Shown here in pieces: positions 27,276-35,587 of a stretch of DNA of 64,000 nucleotides. The notes beneath the pieces are model-generated. The model was not told the DNA's origin, made no database searches, and saw only the letters and a list, made by a program, of their open reading frames with translations. Numbering within the stretch: the first letter of the stretch is position 1; the number at the start of each line of letters is the position of its first letter. Source of the DNA: Abditibacterium sp. (lineage in GTDB: Bacteria > Armatimonadota > Abditibacteriia > Abditibacteriales > Abditibacteriaceae); contig OZ251992.1 of the NCBI GenBank assembly GCA_965246885.1, positions 2,656,001-2,720,000 of the forward strand. The letters are read 5' to 3'. Made by a program: the position numbers and the translations under genes.

Positions 27276-30200
27276 CTACTTCCCGCCCAGCGCGTCGGGT
27301 TCCATGCGCAATAATCGTTCGACCGTCGAGCGTAGGGTCGCGTTGTTGGAGCGGCTTTTGACAAGGGCCGCCGCGACGGAGCGCCCCGCGATGCCCTCGG
27401 CTTCTTGGGCGGAAAAGAGGGCGACGGGAACGGGCGGAGTTTGCGCGGCCAAAAGCGGCAATAACTCCAAGCCGTCCCCATCGGGCAAGCCGATATCCAA
27501 AAGCACCATGTCGAACCGCTCGGCGCGCAGCAGTTCGCGCGCTTCTTGGAGGGTGGCGGCTTCGCGGACTTCGACTTTGGAACCCAGCACCGCGCGCGTG
27601 ACGTGGCGGATGTCGGCGTCGTCCTCGACATGCAGGATGCGCGCGCGGCCATTCGGCCCGGTCTTAAGGCGCGCGAGGGCGCCCTGCAAGCTGGCCGAGT
27701 CCACCGGCTTTTGCAGCCAGTCGAGGACATCGAGCGCTTCGTTGCCCGCTTTGCGGGCGTCGGAGTAGGCCGACACGACCACGACGGGCAGGTCGAACCC
27801 CTCGCTACGCAGCTCCTCCAAGAACTCCAAGCCATCGCCATCGGAGAGCGACAAGTCCAGCGTCATAGCGTCGAAGGAGTCGCGCCCCAACGCCGCGCGC
27901 GCGGTCGCTAAGTCGGGCGCTTGCGTCACGTCGAAGCCCTGCGCTTCAAGTGTCACGCCCAAGTAAAGGGCGACGTCGAGGTCATCCTCGCAGATGAGAA
28001 GTCGCTCGCGCCGCGCGGCTTGGGCCGAAACCGAAGCGGACGTGTCGGGCGCCAATGGCAACCAGAAGTTGAACGAGTGCGGCGCTCCGGTTGCAGGGTC
28101 GGGCGGCGTATAGCGAAGCACGCCGCCCATCTTTTCGATGATGGCGCGCGAGATGGCGAGGCCCAATCCCGTCCCGCCCGTCGCGCGCGTGGCGGACGCA
28201 TCGGCCTGCGCGAACCGGGAAAACAAGCGTGGCACGAACTCCGGCGGCACACCCGCGCCGCCATCGAACACTTCGACGCATACCCAGTCGGCTTTCCCTG
28301 CCCCCAAAGCGGCCTCCGCGATACCCGCCGCGCGCACGGCATTTGCGCCTGCACCCGTTCGTGCACCGACGCGACGCGCATGGACACGCACCTGTCCTCC
28401 GGCGGGCGTGAACTTGGCCGCGTTGGACAGCAGGTTGGCCATGACCTGCCCCAAGCGCGCCTCGTCGCCCTCCATACAAAGCGCTTCGCCCTCGCCCTGC
28501 TCGAAGGCGAGCGAGACGTCCAGATTGGCCGCGTAGGGCGTGTTGGCTTGCAGGGCGGCGCGCACGATGTCGCCGAGGTCGAGCGGCGCGGACTCGAACT
28601 TGAGGCCGCCGCGCTCGATCTTCTCAATGTCGAGGATGTCGTTGATAAGTAGCACCAGCCGCTCGGCGTTCTTGTAGGCGATGGAAATCATTTGCGTCGC
28701 GCGGTCGGGCAATTGGCCCGCGACGCCGCCACTCAAAAGGCCCAGCGCGCCGCGAATGGAGGTGAGCGGCGTGCGCAGTTCGTGCGACACGACCGACACG
28801 AACTCGGACTTGAGCTTCTCGACGCGGCGCGACTCGGTGAGGTCGGTGCCGATAAAAACGAAGCCCGCGACCTCGTCGTTCTCGCCGCGTAGGGGCGACA
28901 GCGACAACTTCATCGGAAAGCGCGTGCCGTCGGAGCGAATCCCCGTCCACTCCCGCTCCTCGCGCCCCGCTTCAAGCGCGGGCAAAGTGAGCGCTTCCCA
29001 AAGCGAGACGGCGCGCTTTAGCGATTCCAACTCTTGGGCGCGCGCTTCAAGTTCCTCAGCCGCCACCAGTAGCGGAGCACGCACCAAGCCGCACACCGCG
29101 CTGGCGGGCAGGAGCAGCATCTCTTCGGCGGCGCGGTTGAATGACTGAATTAACCCATCCGCGTCGCACGAGAAGATGGCATAGGACGCGCTGCCCAAAA
29201 TGGCGCGCTGCATCTGCGTCGTCTCGCGCAAGGCGCGCTCGGCCAGATACCGCTCGGTGATGTCGGCGAGAGTGCCCGCAAACCCCTCGAACTCCCCGTC
29301 TTCGCTGGTCAGGGGTCGCACGAACACTTCCATCCAGCGCACCTGCGCACTCGCGGTCTGATAACGGGCGGTCATGCGGCGCGGCGCGTTCTCGTTTGTC
29401 GCTACGGCCTGCGCGTGCGCGTGCACGGCGTCTAAGTCGTCGGGGTGCAGGAACTCGCTGGCACTCCGGCCCAAGGACTCCTCAATGGAGTAATCCATGA
29501 TCTCGCTCCACGCGGCGTTGAGAAACACCCAGCGCGCGTCGCGGTCTGTTTGGAAGATGACCTCCGTCACCGAGTTAACGACGCCGCGATAGCGCGCCTC
29601 ACTTTGCTTGAGAGCCACCTGCGCACGAGCGCGCTCCGTCACGTCCACCAGCACACCGACCATACCCACAATGTCCCCCGCCGCGTCGCGCACCGGGCGA
29701 CGAAAGACGTCGAACTCTTGCCCGTTCAAGCGCGAGGGGCCATCGGTCATCTCACCCCGGAGAGTGCCGCGCACGCCGCGCGCGGACTGCGAGTTCTCGC
29801 CGGTAATTTGCCCGATGGTGCGCCCAACCATAGACTGCGCGGTGAACCCCAACCCGTCGAAACCGCGCCCCGCCGCGAAGGTGCAGCGTTCGTCCAAGCC
29901 CGCCGCGTAAAGGCCAATGGGCGCGTTGTTTACAACGGTCGCCAGCAGTTGCTCGTTCTGGCGCGCGCGCTCTTCCGAGCGAACCCGTTCCAACAGCGTG
30001 GCCAACAGCGACGCGAACAAGCGCCCCAATTCGGGACGCGCCTCACCGGGAGCGCCCACCCACTCCCCCGACACAAACAGCGCGCCCAACAAACGCTCCC
30101 CTGCCAGCAGCGGAAACGCCACCGGAGGCAGCGCCTCGCCCGCCCTTGCCTCGCGCGCGTCCACCAAAGGCAGAGGCACCGGCAGGATGTTCCACCGCTC

Positions 30201-31601
30201 GCCCGCGTTGGCGCGCGCGGCAGGCAGCAATTCGGGCGGAATCGCCATGTGGCGGTGCGCGATGGACTGCACGCTTCCCTCCGGTGTAAGCGCGTAGGCG
30301 CCCTGAAGCTCTGGGGGGATGGCGCCGTTTTGCGGTTCGCGCGCGTCGCTAAAGAGCGTTTGTTCTTCCTCTATAATCCACAACTGGCAATCGCGCCACC
30401 CCAAATCGGACGCCGCCAATTCGGTGGCCAAGCGCAGAAGGTCGTCCGCCGCCCGCGCTTCGATGAGCCGGTCGGCGATGCGCACCGTCGCGTGCAAACC
30501 GTCGAGCATCTCTTGACGCCGCGCTTCTTCGCGCACGCGCGCCGACACGTCGCGCGCCGTCGTGTGGAACTGCGTCACCCGCCCGCTTTCGGGGTGGACG
30601 ACCGCGTGGCCAACCAACTCCAGCCATACCCAAGAGCCATCCTTGCGCCGCGCCCGCACCGCGCGCACGCCTTTCTCCCCCGTTTCCAGCCACTCTCGAA
30701 ACGAAAGCGCGGCGGAAAAGTCGGCTGGGTGAAACAAGTCGCGCGGTGACTGGCCGACCAACTCCTCCGGCGCGTAACCCAGCATCGGAAGCGCGGCGGG
30801 CGAAAGATACAAGAACCCCCCGTCCGCCCCGTGCGCGCAAATTAGGTCGAGCGAATCGTCGGCGAGGTGGCGATACGATTCCTCGGACGCCCGCAACTGC
30901 TCCTGCGTTTGCATGCGCGCTGCGACTTCATCGCGCAAACGCCCGTTGGCGAGCAATATCTCGCGCGCCGCCAACTCCTGCGCGCGCGCGCCGCGCCACA
31001 ACAGGCCAAACAGAGCGCCCGCGAACGCGATGCCCAGCAAACTACCGAGCGTGAGCGCCTGCGTCACGGTGCGCTGCGTTTGATCTTGGGCGTGGCCCCG
31101 CACCACCAGCAGTTGCCGCTCCGTGTCGCCTATTGTCTCCAACTCGCCTTGCAGGTCGCTGAGCAACTCGCGCGCTCTTGGCGCCCCAGAGCGTAGCAGG
31201 GCCGACGGCGTCCTGATGGGCAACTCCCACGCGCGCAGGTCGGCCTCCAACTGGTAGAGCCGCTTTTGTTGAAGCGGATTATCAGCAGTCAATTCCTCGA
31301 TATGTCGCAGCAACTCGCGCGACTTGCGCCCTGCCCGCAGCGCCCTCTCGCGGTCTGGCTCCTCCTCCGAAGAAAGCGCCCGATTGCGCAGATCGCCCTC
31401 GTCGTCAAGGGCCGTTCGCAACGCCGCGATGGGCATCAGCACTTGGTAGGTATGCACATTCCACGCATTAGCGACGCCCAGCCGGTCGAGTTGTAGGCGG
31501 GACAACCACGCCAAAACCCCCATCATCGAAAGCAACAGCGCGCCCGCCAATAGCAGCGCGTTCCAACGCCCTCCAGCGCGCGCAGAAAAAGGTGAAGACA
31601 T
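27276..31601 (-). CDS. Hybrid sensor histidine kinase (CHASE3, PAS, GAF-like, 3 further PAS, HisKA, HATPase, 2 REC)
   Basis: VHTYQVL..LTADNP.QQ.RL (CHASE3); PAS repeats; VSHELRTPLTSI, NLLSNAAKFT, GGTGLGLAI; two receiver domains. Confidence 0.93.
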   Translation of the reverse strand: MSSPFSARAGGRWNALLLAGALLLSMMGVLAWLSRLQLDRLGVANAWNVHTYQVLMPIAALRTALDDEGDLRNRALSSEEEPDRERALRAGRKSRELLRHIEELTADNPLQQKRLYQLEADLRAWELPIRTPSALLRSGAPRARELLSDLQGELETIGDTERQLLVVRGHAQDQTQRTVTQALTLGSLLGIAFAGALFGLLWRGARAQELAAREILLANGRLRDEVAARMQTQEQLRASEESYRHLADDSLDLICAHGADGGFLYLSPAALPMLGYAPEELVGQSPRDLFHPADFSAALSFREWLETGEKGVRAVRARRKDGSWVWLELVGHAVVHPESGRVTQFHTTARDVSARVREEARRQEMLDGLHATVRIADRLIEARAADDLLRLATELAASDLGWRDCQLWIIEEEQTLFSDAREPQNGAIPPELQGAYALTPEGSVQSIAHRHMAIPPELLPAARANAGERWNILPVPLPLVDAREARAGEALPPVAFPLLAGERLLGALFVSGEWVGAPGEARPELGRLFASLLATLLERVRSEERARQNEQLLATVVNNAPIGLYAAGLDERCTFAAGRGFDGLGFTAQSMVGRTIGQITGENSQSARGVRGTLRGEMTDGPSRLNGQEFDVFRRPVRDAAGDIVGMVGVLVDVTERARAQVALKQSEARYRGVVNSVTEVIFQTDRDARWVFLNAAWSEIMDYSIEESLGRSASEFLHPDDLDAVHAHAQAVATNENAPRRMTARYQTASAQVRWMEVFVRPLTSEDGEFEGFAGTLADITERYLAERALRETTQMQRAILGSASYAIFSCDADGLIQSFNRAAEEMLLLPASAVCGLVRAPLLVAAEELEARAQELESLKRAVSLWEALTLPALEAGREEREWTGIRSDGTRFPMKLSLSPLRGENDEVAGFVFIGTDLTESRRVEKLKSEFVSVVSHELRTPLTSIRGALGLLSGGVAGQLPDRATQMISIAYKNAERLVLLINDILDIEKIERGGLKFESAPLDLGDIVRAALQANTPYAANLDVSLAFEQGEGEALCMEGDEARLGQVMANLLSNAAKFTPAGGQVRVHARRVGARTGAGANAVRAAGIAEAALGAGKADWVCVEVFDGGAGVPPEFVPRLFSRFAQADASATRATGGTGLGLAISRAIIEKMGGVLRYTPPDPATGAPHSFNFWLPLAPDTSASVSAQAARRERLLICEDDLDVALYLGVTLEAQGFDVTQAPDLATARAALGRDSFDAMTLDLSLSDGDGLEFLEELRSEGFDLPVVVVSAYSDARKAGNEALDVLDWLQKPVDSASLQGALARLKTGPNGRARILHVEDDADIRHVTRAVLGSKVEVREAATLQEARELLRAERFDMVLLDIGLPDGDGLELLPLLAAQTPPVPVALFSAQEAEGIAGRSVAAALVKSRSNNATLRSTVERLLRMEPDALGGK

Positions 31602-31712
31602 AACGACACAGCGCCCCAGAACGCGCCCCTCAAGCCCAGACGCCAACGGCAGAGTTCAGTGTGGCCTGTTCTTACGGCATGGCTCCAATTCATCCCGCCA
31701 CATACCCACCGC

Positions 31713-31742
31713 TTGACAGGAGGACGGGAGCGGGGCTAAAAT
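31713..31742 (+). promoter_or_regulatory. sigma70 promoter of tRNA-Gln
   Basis: TTGACA (31713-31718), 18 nt, TAAAAT (31737-31742). Confidence 0.65.
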
Positions 31743-31757
31743 TAAGAGCGACGAATT

Positions 31758-31829
31758 TGGGGTGTAGCCAAGTGGTAAGGCACCGGTCTTTGGATCCGGC
31801 ATTCGGAGGTTCGAACCCTCCCTCCCCAG
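31758..31829 (+). tRNA. tRNA-Gln (anticodon UUG), CCA not encoded
   Basis: TGGGGTG-TAGCCAAGTGGTAAGGC-A-CCGGT CT TTG GA TCCGG-CATTC-GGAGG TTCGAAC CCTCC-CTCCCCA-G cloverleaf. Confidence 0.95.
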
Positions 31830-31841
31830 CGATAACTGCCC

Positions 31842-31877
31842 AAAGCGCCGTAGTTCCGATGAACTGCGGCGCTTTTT
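31842..31877 (+). terminator. Intrinsic terminator after the tRNA
   Basis: AAAGCGCCGTAGTTC-cgat-GAACTGCGGCGCTTTTT. Confidence 0.85.
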
Positions 31878-31914
31878 CGTCGCGGTACGCTTCTCCCCCG
31901 ACTTTGGGCCGGTG

Positions 31915-31932
31915 TTGGCACTTCAATCGCAT
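31915..31932 (+). promoter_or_regulatory. Putative sigma54 (-24/-12) promoter
   Basis: TTGGCACTTCAATCGCAT: GG at 31917-31918, 10 nt, GC at 31929-31930. Confidence 0.6.
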
Positions 31933-31968
31933 CTGAAGAAGGATCTCCGACTCAGGAGCACCCTTATC

Positions 31969-32586
31969 ATGGCACGACTCGAAGGCGAAAAGAAATCCCC
32001 GGCCCTCTTCATTGTGGGCCTGCTGGTCTTGGCGGCATTGGCCGCAGGCGCTTACGCGCTGTTGGGCAACAAGGGCCAATCACCCGAAACGAATGGGCCA
32101 GCCCCCGCCCCTGTCATATCCCATTCGGCAAACAGCGCGGCCAACACAAGCGCCAGCGATGGAAACAGCGCGGCTTCCAATGGCGCCAGTGACGCCAACT
32201 CTGCGTCTAACAACGGCGCGGCGGATTCGGGAACACCGCTCCCCAGCGCCAATGACACCAATTCTCCCAGCAACGCCAACACCGCTTCGGGTAACGCCGC
32301 GACTGACAACGCCGCGACGGGTAATACGGCTACCAACAGCGCGGCGGGCGGCAATGGGGCTATGGGCAACTCCGCTTCCGGCAACGCCGCGAGCGGTAAC
32401 AGCGCCGCATCAGGTATCACGTCCCACACCTCGACCGACACGGCGACGGCAAGCGGCACTCCCCAAGTCGTCGCGGAGCGTTCAAAAACCATCAAAACCG
32501 GCAACGCCACCGTCACCTACGACAAGAAATTGCTGCAAAACGGCACAACCACGCACGCGGTAACGACCAACAGCGCGAGCAACTAA
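31969..32586 (+). CDS. Membrane-anchored low-complexity (Asn/Ala/Ser) protein
   Basis: CAGGAG RBS; single TM helix; GNAAT/GNSAS pentapeptide-like repeats. Confidence 0.75.
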   Translation: MARLEGEKKSPALFIVGLLVLAALAAGAYALLGNKGQSPETNGPAPAPVISHSANSAANTSASDGNSAASNGASDANSASNNGAADSGTPLPSANDTNSPSNANTASGNAATDNAATGNTATNSAAGGNGAMGNSASGNAASGNSAASGITSHTSTDTATASGTPQVVAERSKTIKTGNATVTYDKKLLQNGTTTHAVTTNSASN

Positions 32587-32650
32587 CGACCCGGCACGAG
32601 TGCGAGGAAAGGGCGAAAACGGCTGACACTTCCGTTCTCGCCCTTTTTAG

Positions 32651-32667
32651 TGGCACGCAAACCGCAT
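32651..32667 (+). promoter_or_regulatory. Putative sigma54 (-24/-12) promoter
   Basis: TGGCACGCAAACCGCAT: GG at 32652-32653, 10 nt, GC at 32664-32665. Confidence 0.6.
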
Positions 32668-32712
32668 TTTCGGAGCGCAACGCGCCATATCGGTTCATCA
32701 GGACATATAAAC

Positions 32713-34233
32713 ATGAGAAAAGGACATTCTATCTTGGGCTTGCAAGTGATTTCGCAGGACAGCGCCAAATCGCTGGGCAAAGTATTGGACTTGGTATTCG
32801 ACCACGACGCCGACGAGTGCATCGCACTCGTTCTCAAAGAGCGTGGCTTCTTGGGCTTAAGCTCCGCGCAAGTGGTTCCTTGGAACGAGATCGTATCCAT
32901 CGGCAAAGACGCCGTGATGGTCAAAACCGAAGCTTCCGTCGTCAACCCCGCCGAACATGGGCGCCTAACTGACGTTATGGAGCGCGAAGCGCATTTATCC
33001 GGCACGCGCATCGTCACCGAAGATGGCCGTGACGTAGGCAACTTCGCCGAGATTTACATAGACGAAACGACGGGAAAAACCCTCGGTTACGAGGTTTCGG
33101 GCGGCTTTATCTCCGACACCATGAGTGGCAAGCGCTATATCCCCTCGCACCGAACCGACGACCTGCGCGTGGGCCAAGACGTCCTCTTGGCCGCGCCGTC
33201 AGTCGCCGATGAGTTCGAGCGCCAAGCCTCTGAGGAACCCGGTGGCTTGCGCGGCGCTTACTCCGATGCCAAAGACAAGGCCACCGATACTTATGGGAAC
33301 ATCGCGTCGGCTTCCATCGAGCAACAAAAAGCCTTTGTCGTGGGCAAAACGGCGGGCCGCGATGTCGCCCTGCCCGCGCCAGACACCGCCAACACTTCCG
33401 CCCTCGTTAACAACACAAGCCTCGCGCCCGCCACACACGGCGCCCTGCTCGTCGGACAAGGCCAGACTATCACTCAAGCCGTCGCCGACAGCGCCGAGCA
33501 AAGTGGCATCTTACACCAACTCTTGTTGGCAGTGGGAGCGCACACCGCTTCGGGCGCCCTCGATTCGGCCAAAACGAGCGTGTCGAACACGCTCGGTGGA
33601 CGCGCAGAAGAAGCGCAAGGTGCCCTCGGCGAGCGCGCCGTCGGCAAAACGGCGGGCACGGATGTGGACTTGCCGGACGGCTCCACCCTTGTTGCGTCGG
33701 GAATGATTATTACTCAGGGGATGCTGGAGCGCGCCAGAGCAGTAGGCAAAGAAAGCCAACTCATTGCCGCTGCCGGGCTGGGAACCGCTTCCACCACGAC
33801 GCAAGACACCCTCGCAAACGCGAAAACGACGGCGGGCGGGGTGTTTGACACGCTAAAAGAAAAGGTCGCCGAACTCACTCATAGCGCGCAGGATAAAAAA
33901 GCCCAAATGGACGACCAAGCACAGCACAACAAAATCAACCACGCCCTTGGCCGCCCCATCACCCGCATCTTGCTCGCCAAAGACGACAACGTGATCCTGA
34001 ACACCGGCGACATCATCACCCACCGCGCCATCGAAATGGCCCGCCAAAACGATGTGCTGGACGTCCTGCTTAGCGCCGTGTATGATGCCACGCCCGACAT
34101 CACCCCCGAAATGATGCGCGCTACCCAACCCGGCGTTGCGGCGTTAGGAGAGCAAGTCCAACCGAGCGGCCACCCCATCACCGCCACCGTCGCGCCCAAT
34201 ACTCCCGCCCAAGACCAACCCGGACAAGGCTAA
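32713..34233 (+). CDS. PRC-barrel domain protein with repeated C-terminal modules
   Basis: Two PRC barrels (ILGLQVIS.D..K.LGKV.DLVFD; LSGTRIVTEDG..VG....IYIDE.TG...GYEVSGG); three GK/R...D..L...G..IT....A...G.L..L repeats. Confidence 0.85.
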   Translation: MRKGHSILGLQVISQDSAKSLGKVLDLVFDHDADECIALVLKERGFLGLSSAQVVPWNEIVSIGKDAVMVKTEASVVNPAEHGRLTDVMEREAHLSGTRIVTEDGRDVGNFAEIYIDETTGKTLGYEVSGGFISDTMSGKRYIPSHRTDDLRVGQDVLLAAPSVADEFERQASEEPGGLRGAYSDAKDKATDTYGNIASASIEQQKAFVVGKTAGRDVALPAPDTANTSALVNNTSLAPATHGALLVGQGQTITQAVADSAEQSGILHQLLLAVGAHTASGALDSAKTSVSNTLGGRAEEAQGALGERAVGKTAGTDVDLPDGSTLVASGMIITQGMLERARAVGKESQLIAAAGLGTASTTTQDTLANAKTTAGGVFDTLKEKVAELTHSAQDKKAQMDDQAQHNKINHALGRPITRILLAKDDNVILNTGDIITHRAIEMARQNDVLDVLLSAVYDATPDITPEMMRATQPGVAALGEQVQPSGHPITATVAPNTPAQDQPGQG

Positions 34234-34250
34234 GCTCTCGGTGCACCAAC

Positions 34251-34286
34251 AAAGAAAAAGCGCGCCTGTCACGGCGCGCTTTTTTT
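34251..34286. terminator. Intrinsic (likely bidirectional) terminator
   Basis: AAAAAGCGCGCC-tgtcac-GGCGCGCTTTTTTT. Confidence 0.85.
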
Positions 34287-34416
34287 GTTATTTTCCGAGT
34301 GGCCAAAACCGTTCTACATAAGGGACAGCTACGGCGAGGGCGGCGGAATACACACCGGGGCCAAGCCAAAGCGAAAGTTTCTGCCTCTTCGGGGGCAAAA
34401 GGAAAGCACACACATC

Positions 34417-34581
34417 ATGATCAAACAGTTTTTGCAAGAAGAAGAGGGCCAGACCCTCGTCGAGTATGGCCTGCTCATCTCGCTCATCGCCCTCGTCGTC
34501 ATCGGCGTCTTGACCCTCTTGGGCGCCAAGATCAAGAACACCTTCAACACCTCGGCCAACGCCATGAACACAACCACCTAA
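34417..34581 (+). CDS. flp: Flp family type IVb pilin
   Basis: MIKQFLQEEEG/QTLVEYGLLISLIALVVIG Flp motif; AAGGA RBS. Confidence 0.93.
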   Translation: MIKQFLQEEEGQTLVEYGLLISLIALVVIGVLTLLGAKIKNTFNTSANAMNTTT

Positions 34582-34596
34582 TTCCGCAACGGAATA

Positions 34597-34635
34597 GACA
34601 GCGACGCCTCCCGCCCTGCGGGAGGCGTTGTCGTT
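34597..34635 (+). terminator. Strong hairpin after flp
   Basis: CGACGCCTCCCGC-cct-GCGGGAGGCGTTG. Confidence 0.7.
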
Positions 34636-34645
34636 GGTGGAGATG

Positions 34646-34813
34646 CCATAGACGTCGGCCACGCACTGACAGACGTCGGCCATGCACTGACAGAGGGCGG
34701 CGACTTGGTGACAGACGTGCGCCGCGCGATGACAGACGTCTGCGGAAGAAAGACGGACGTCTCTCCTTAGCTCCCAGACGTCAGTGATCGCGCGGCACAC
34801 GTCTGTCACCGAG
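34646..34813. repeat. 21-bp-period palindromic array (8 units; best conserved copy)
   Basis: ccatagacgtcggccacgcac / tgacagacgtcggccatgcac / tgacagagggcggcgacttgg / tgacagacgtgcgccgcgcga / tgacagacgtctgcggaagaa / agacggacgtctctccttagc / tcccagacgtcagtgatcgcg / cggcacacgtctgtcaccgag. Confidence 0.92.
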
Positions 34814-34842
34814 TCGCCCATACACTTCCCGCCTTCACTTTC

Positions 34843-35406
34843 ATGCTTTCTTTCTTCGGCTGGCCCGCGCTCCGAGCGGCATTGCTCGGTATTGCGCTCA
34901 TTGGCGTCTCTTTGCCGCTTGTATGGGCCGCTCATTCGCATTTCGAGTTGGGGCCGCCGCCCGCGCGGGGATTATGGACATTAGGCGTGGGAATCGTGTG
35001 CATTTTCGTGGGCGCGGCGTGGATCGGCGTGTTCTTGGGAACCGGGCGCGCATCGGGCGCCGTCGCCGCGCTGTGCGGTTGGGGGTGGGGCGTCGCGCTC
35101 ACACTTTTGCTGGCGTCGTTTTATGGGCGCTTAGTCACCGCTCCTGCGCTCCGCGACGCCCAAACTTTGGCCGGACACAACCGCGACCGCATCGAAAACG
35201 CCCCCGGCGAAACCCCCGAACAAGCGCGTGCAGGCCATGCTTCCAAAGACGCCGCGCTCGCGGGCACTGACTTTTCCGACGACGCGCGCGACGCCACCAT
35301 TTCCGGCGCCGCCCGTTTGCCCGCGATGGGGCTTCTGGTGTGGGCGCTCCTTGTTCCACCGGCCCTGAGCGCTTGGGAGTTCCGCCGCGCCCGCCGCCAA
35401 AACTGA
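34843..35406 (+). CDS. Hypothetical membrane protein (about 4 TM)
   Basis: Hydrophobic segments; TACACT upstream; hairpin at 35421-35450 downstream. Confidence 0.65.
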   Translation: MLSFFGWPALRAALLGIALIGVSLPLVWAAHSHFELGPPPARGLWTLGVGIVCIFVGAAWIGVFLGTGRASGAVAALCGWGWGVALTLLLASFYGRLVTAPALRDAQTLAGHNRDRIENAPGETPEQARAGHASKDAALAGTDFSDDARDATISGAARLPAMGLLVWALLVPPALSAWEFRRARRQN

Positions 35407-35587
35407 TGTTCCAAACACAACAAAGCCCGCCGCTTGTGCGACGGGCTTGGCTGCTCCCATATCCCTTCCCTACTTCAATCATCCAGTATTGCCGATTCTG
35501 TGCCAATGAACCTGACAAGGCGCAAATTATTTGATAAGTTTCTTTTCTAACACTTCGCACTTCCTCTGCGCAGCGTCTTCTGATGAA

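Noticed and set aside
32592..32610. Additional sigma54 promoter (CGGCACGAG)
   Set aside because: No GC at the -12 position with the required 10-nt spacing.
34299..34370. c-di-GMP-I riboswitch before flp
   Set aside because: Only fragments resemble it (GGCCAAAACC...GGGAC.AGCTACGG); the GAAA-capped P2 and GCAAAGC elements cannot be placed. It needs an Infernal scan.
34646..34813. CRISPR array
   Set aside because: The total period of 21 bp is far below a repeat plus spacer length, the repeats are degenerate, and there are no cas genes in the window.
31758..35406. Genomic island integrated at tRNA-Gln
   Set aside because: No integrase and no direct repeat of the tRNA 3' end seen.
35451..35587. 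AT-rich stretch with a CxxC-containing reading frame
   Set aside because: No start codon or RBS supports it and it is too short; probably promoter region or decayed sequence.
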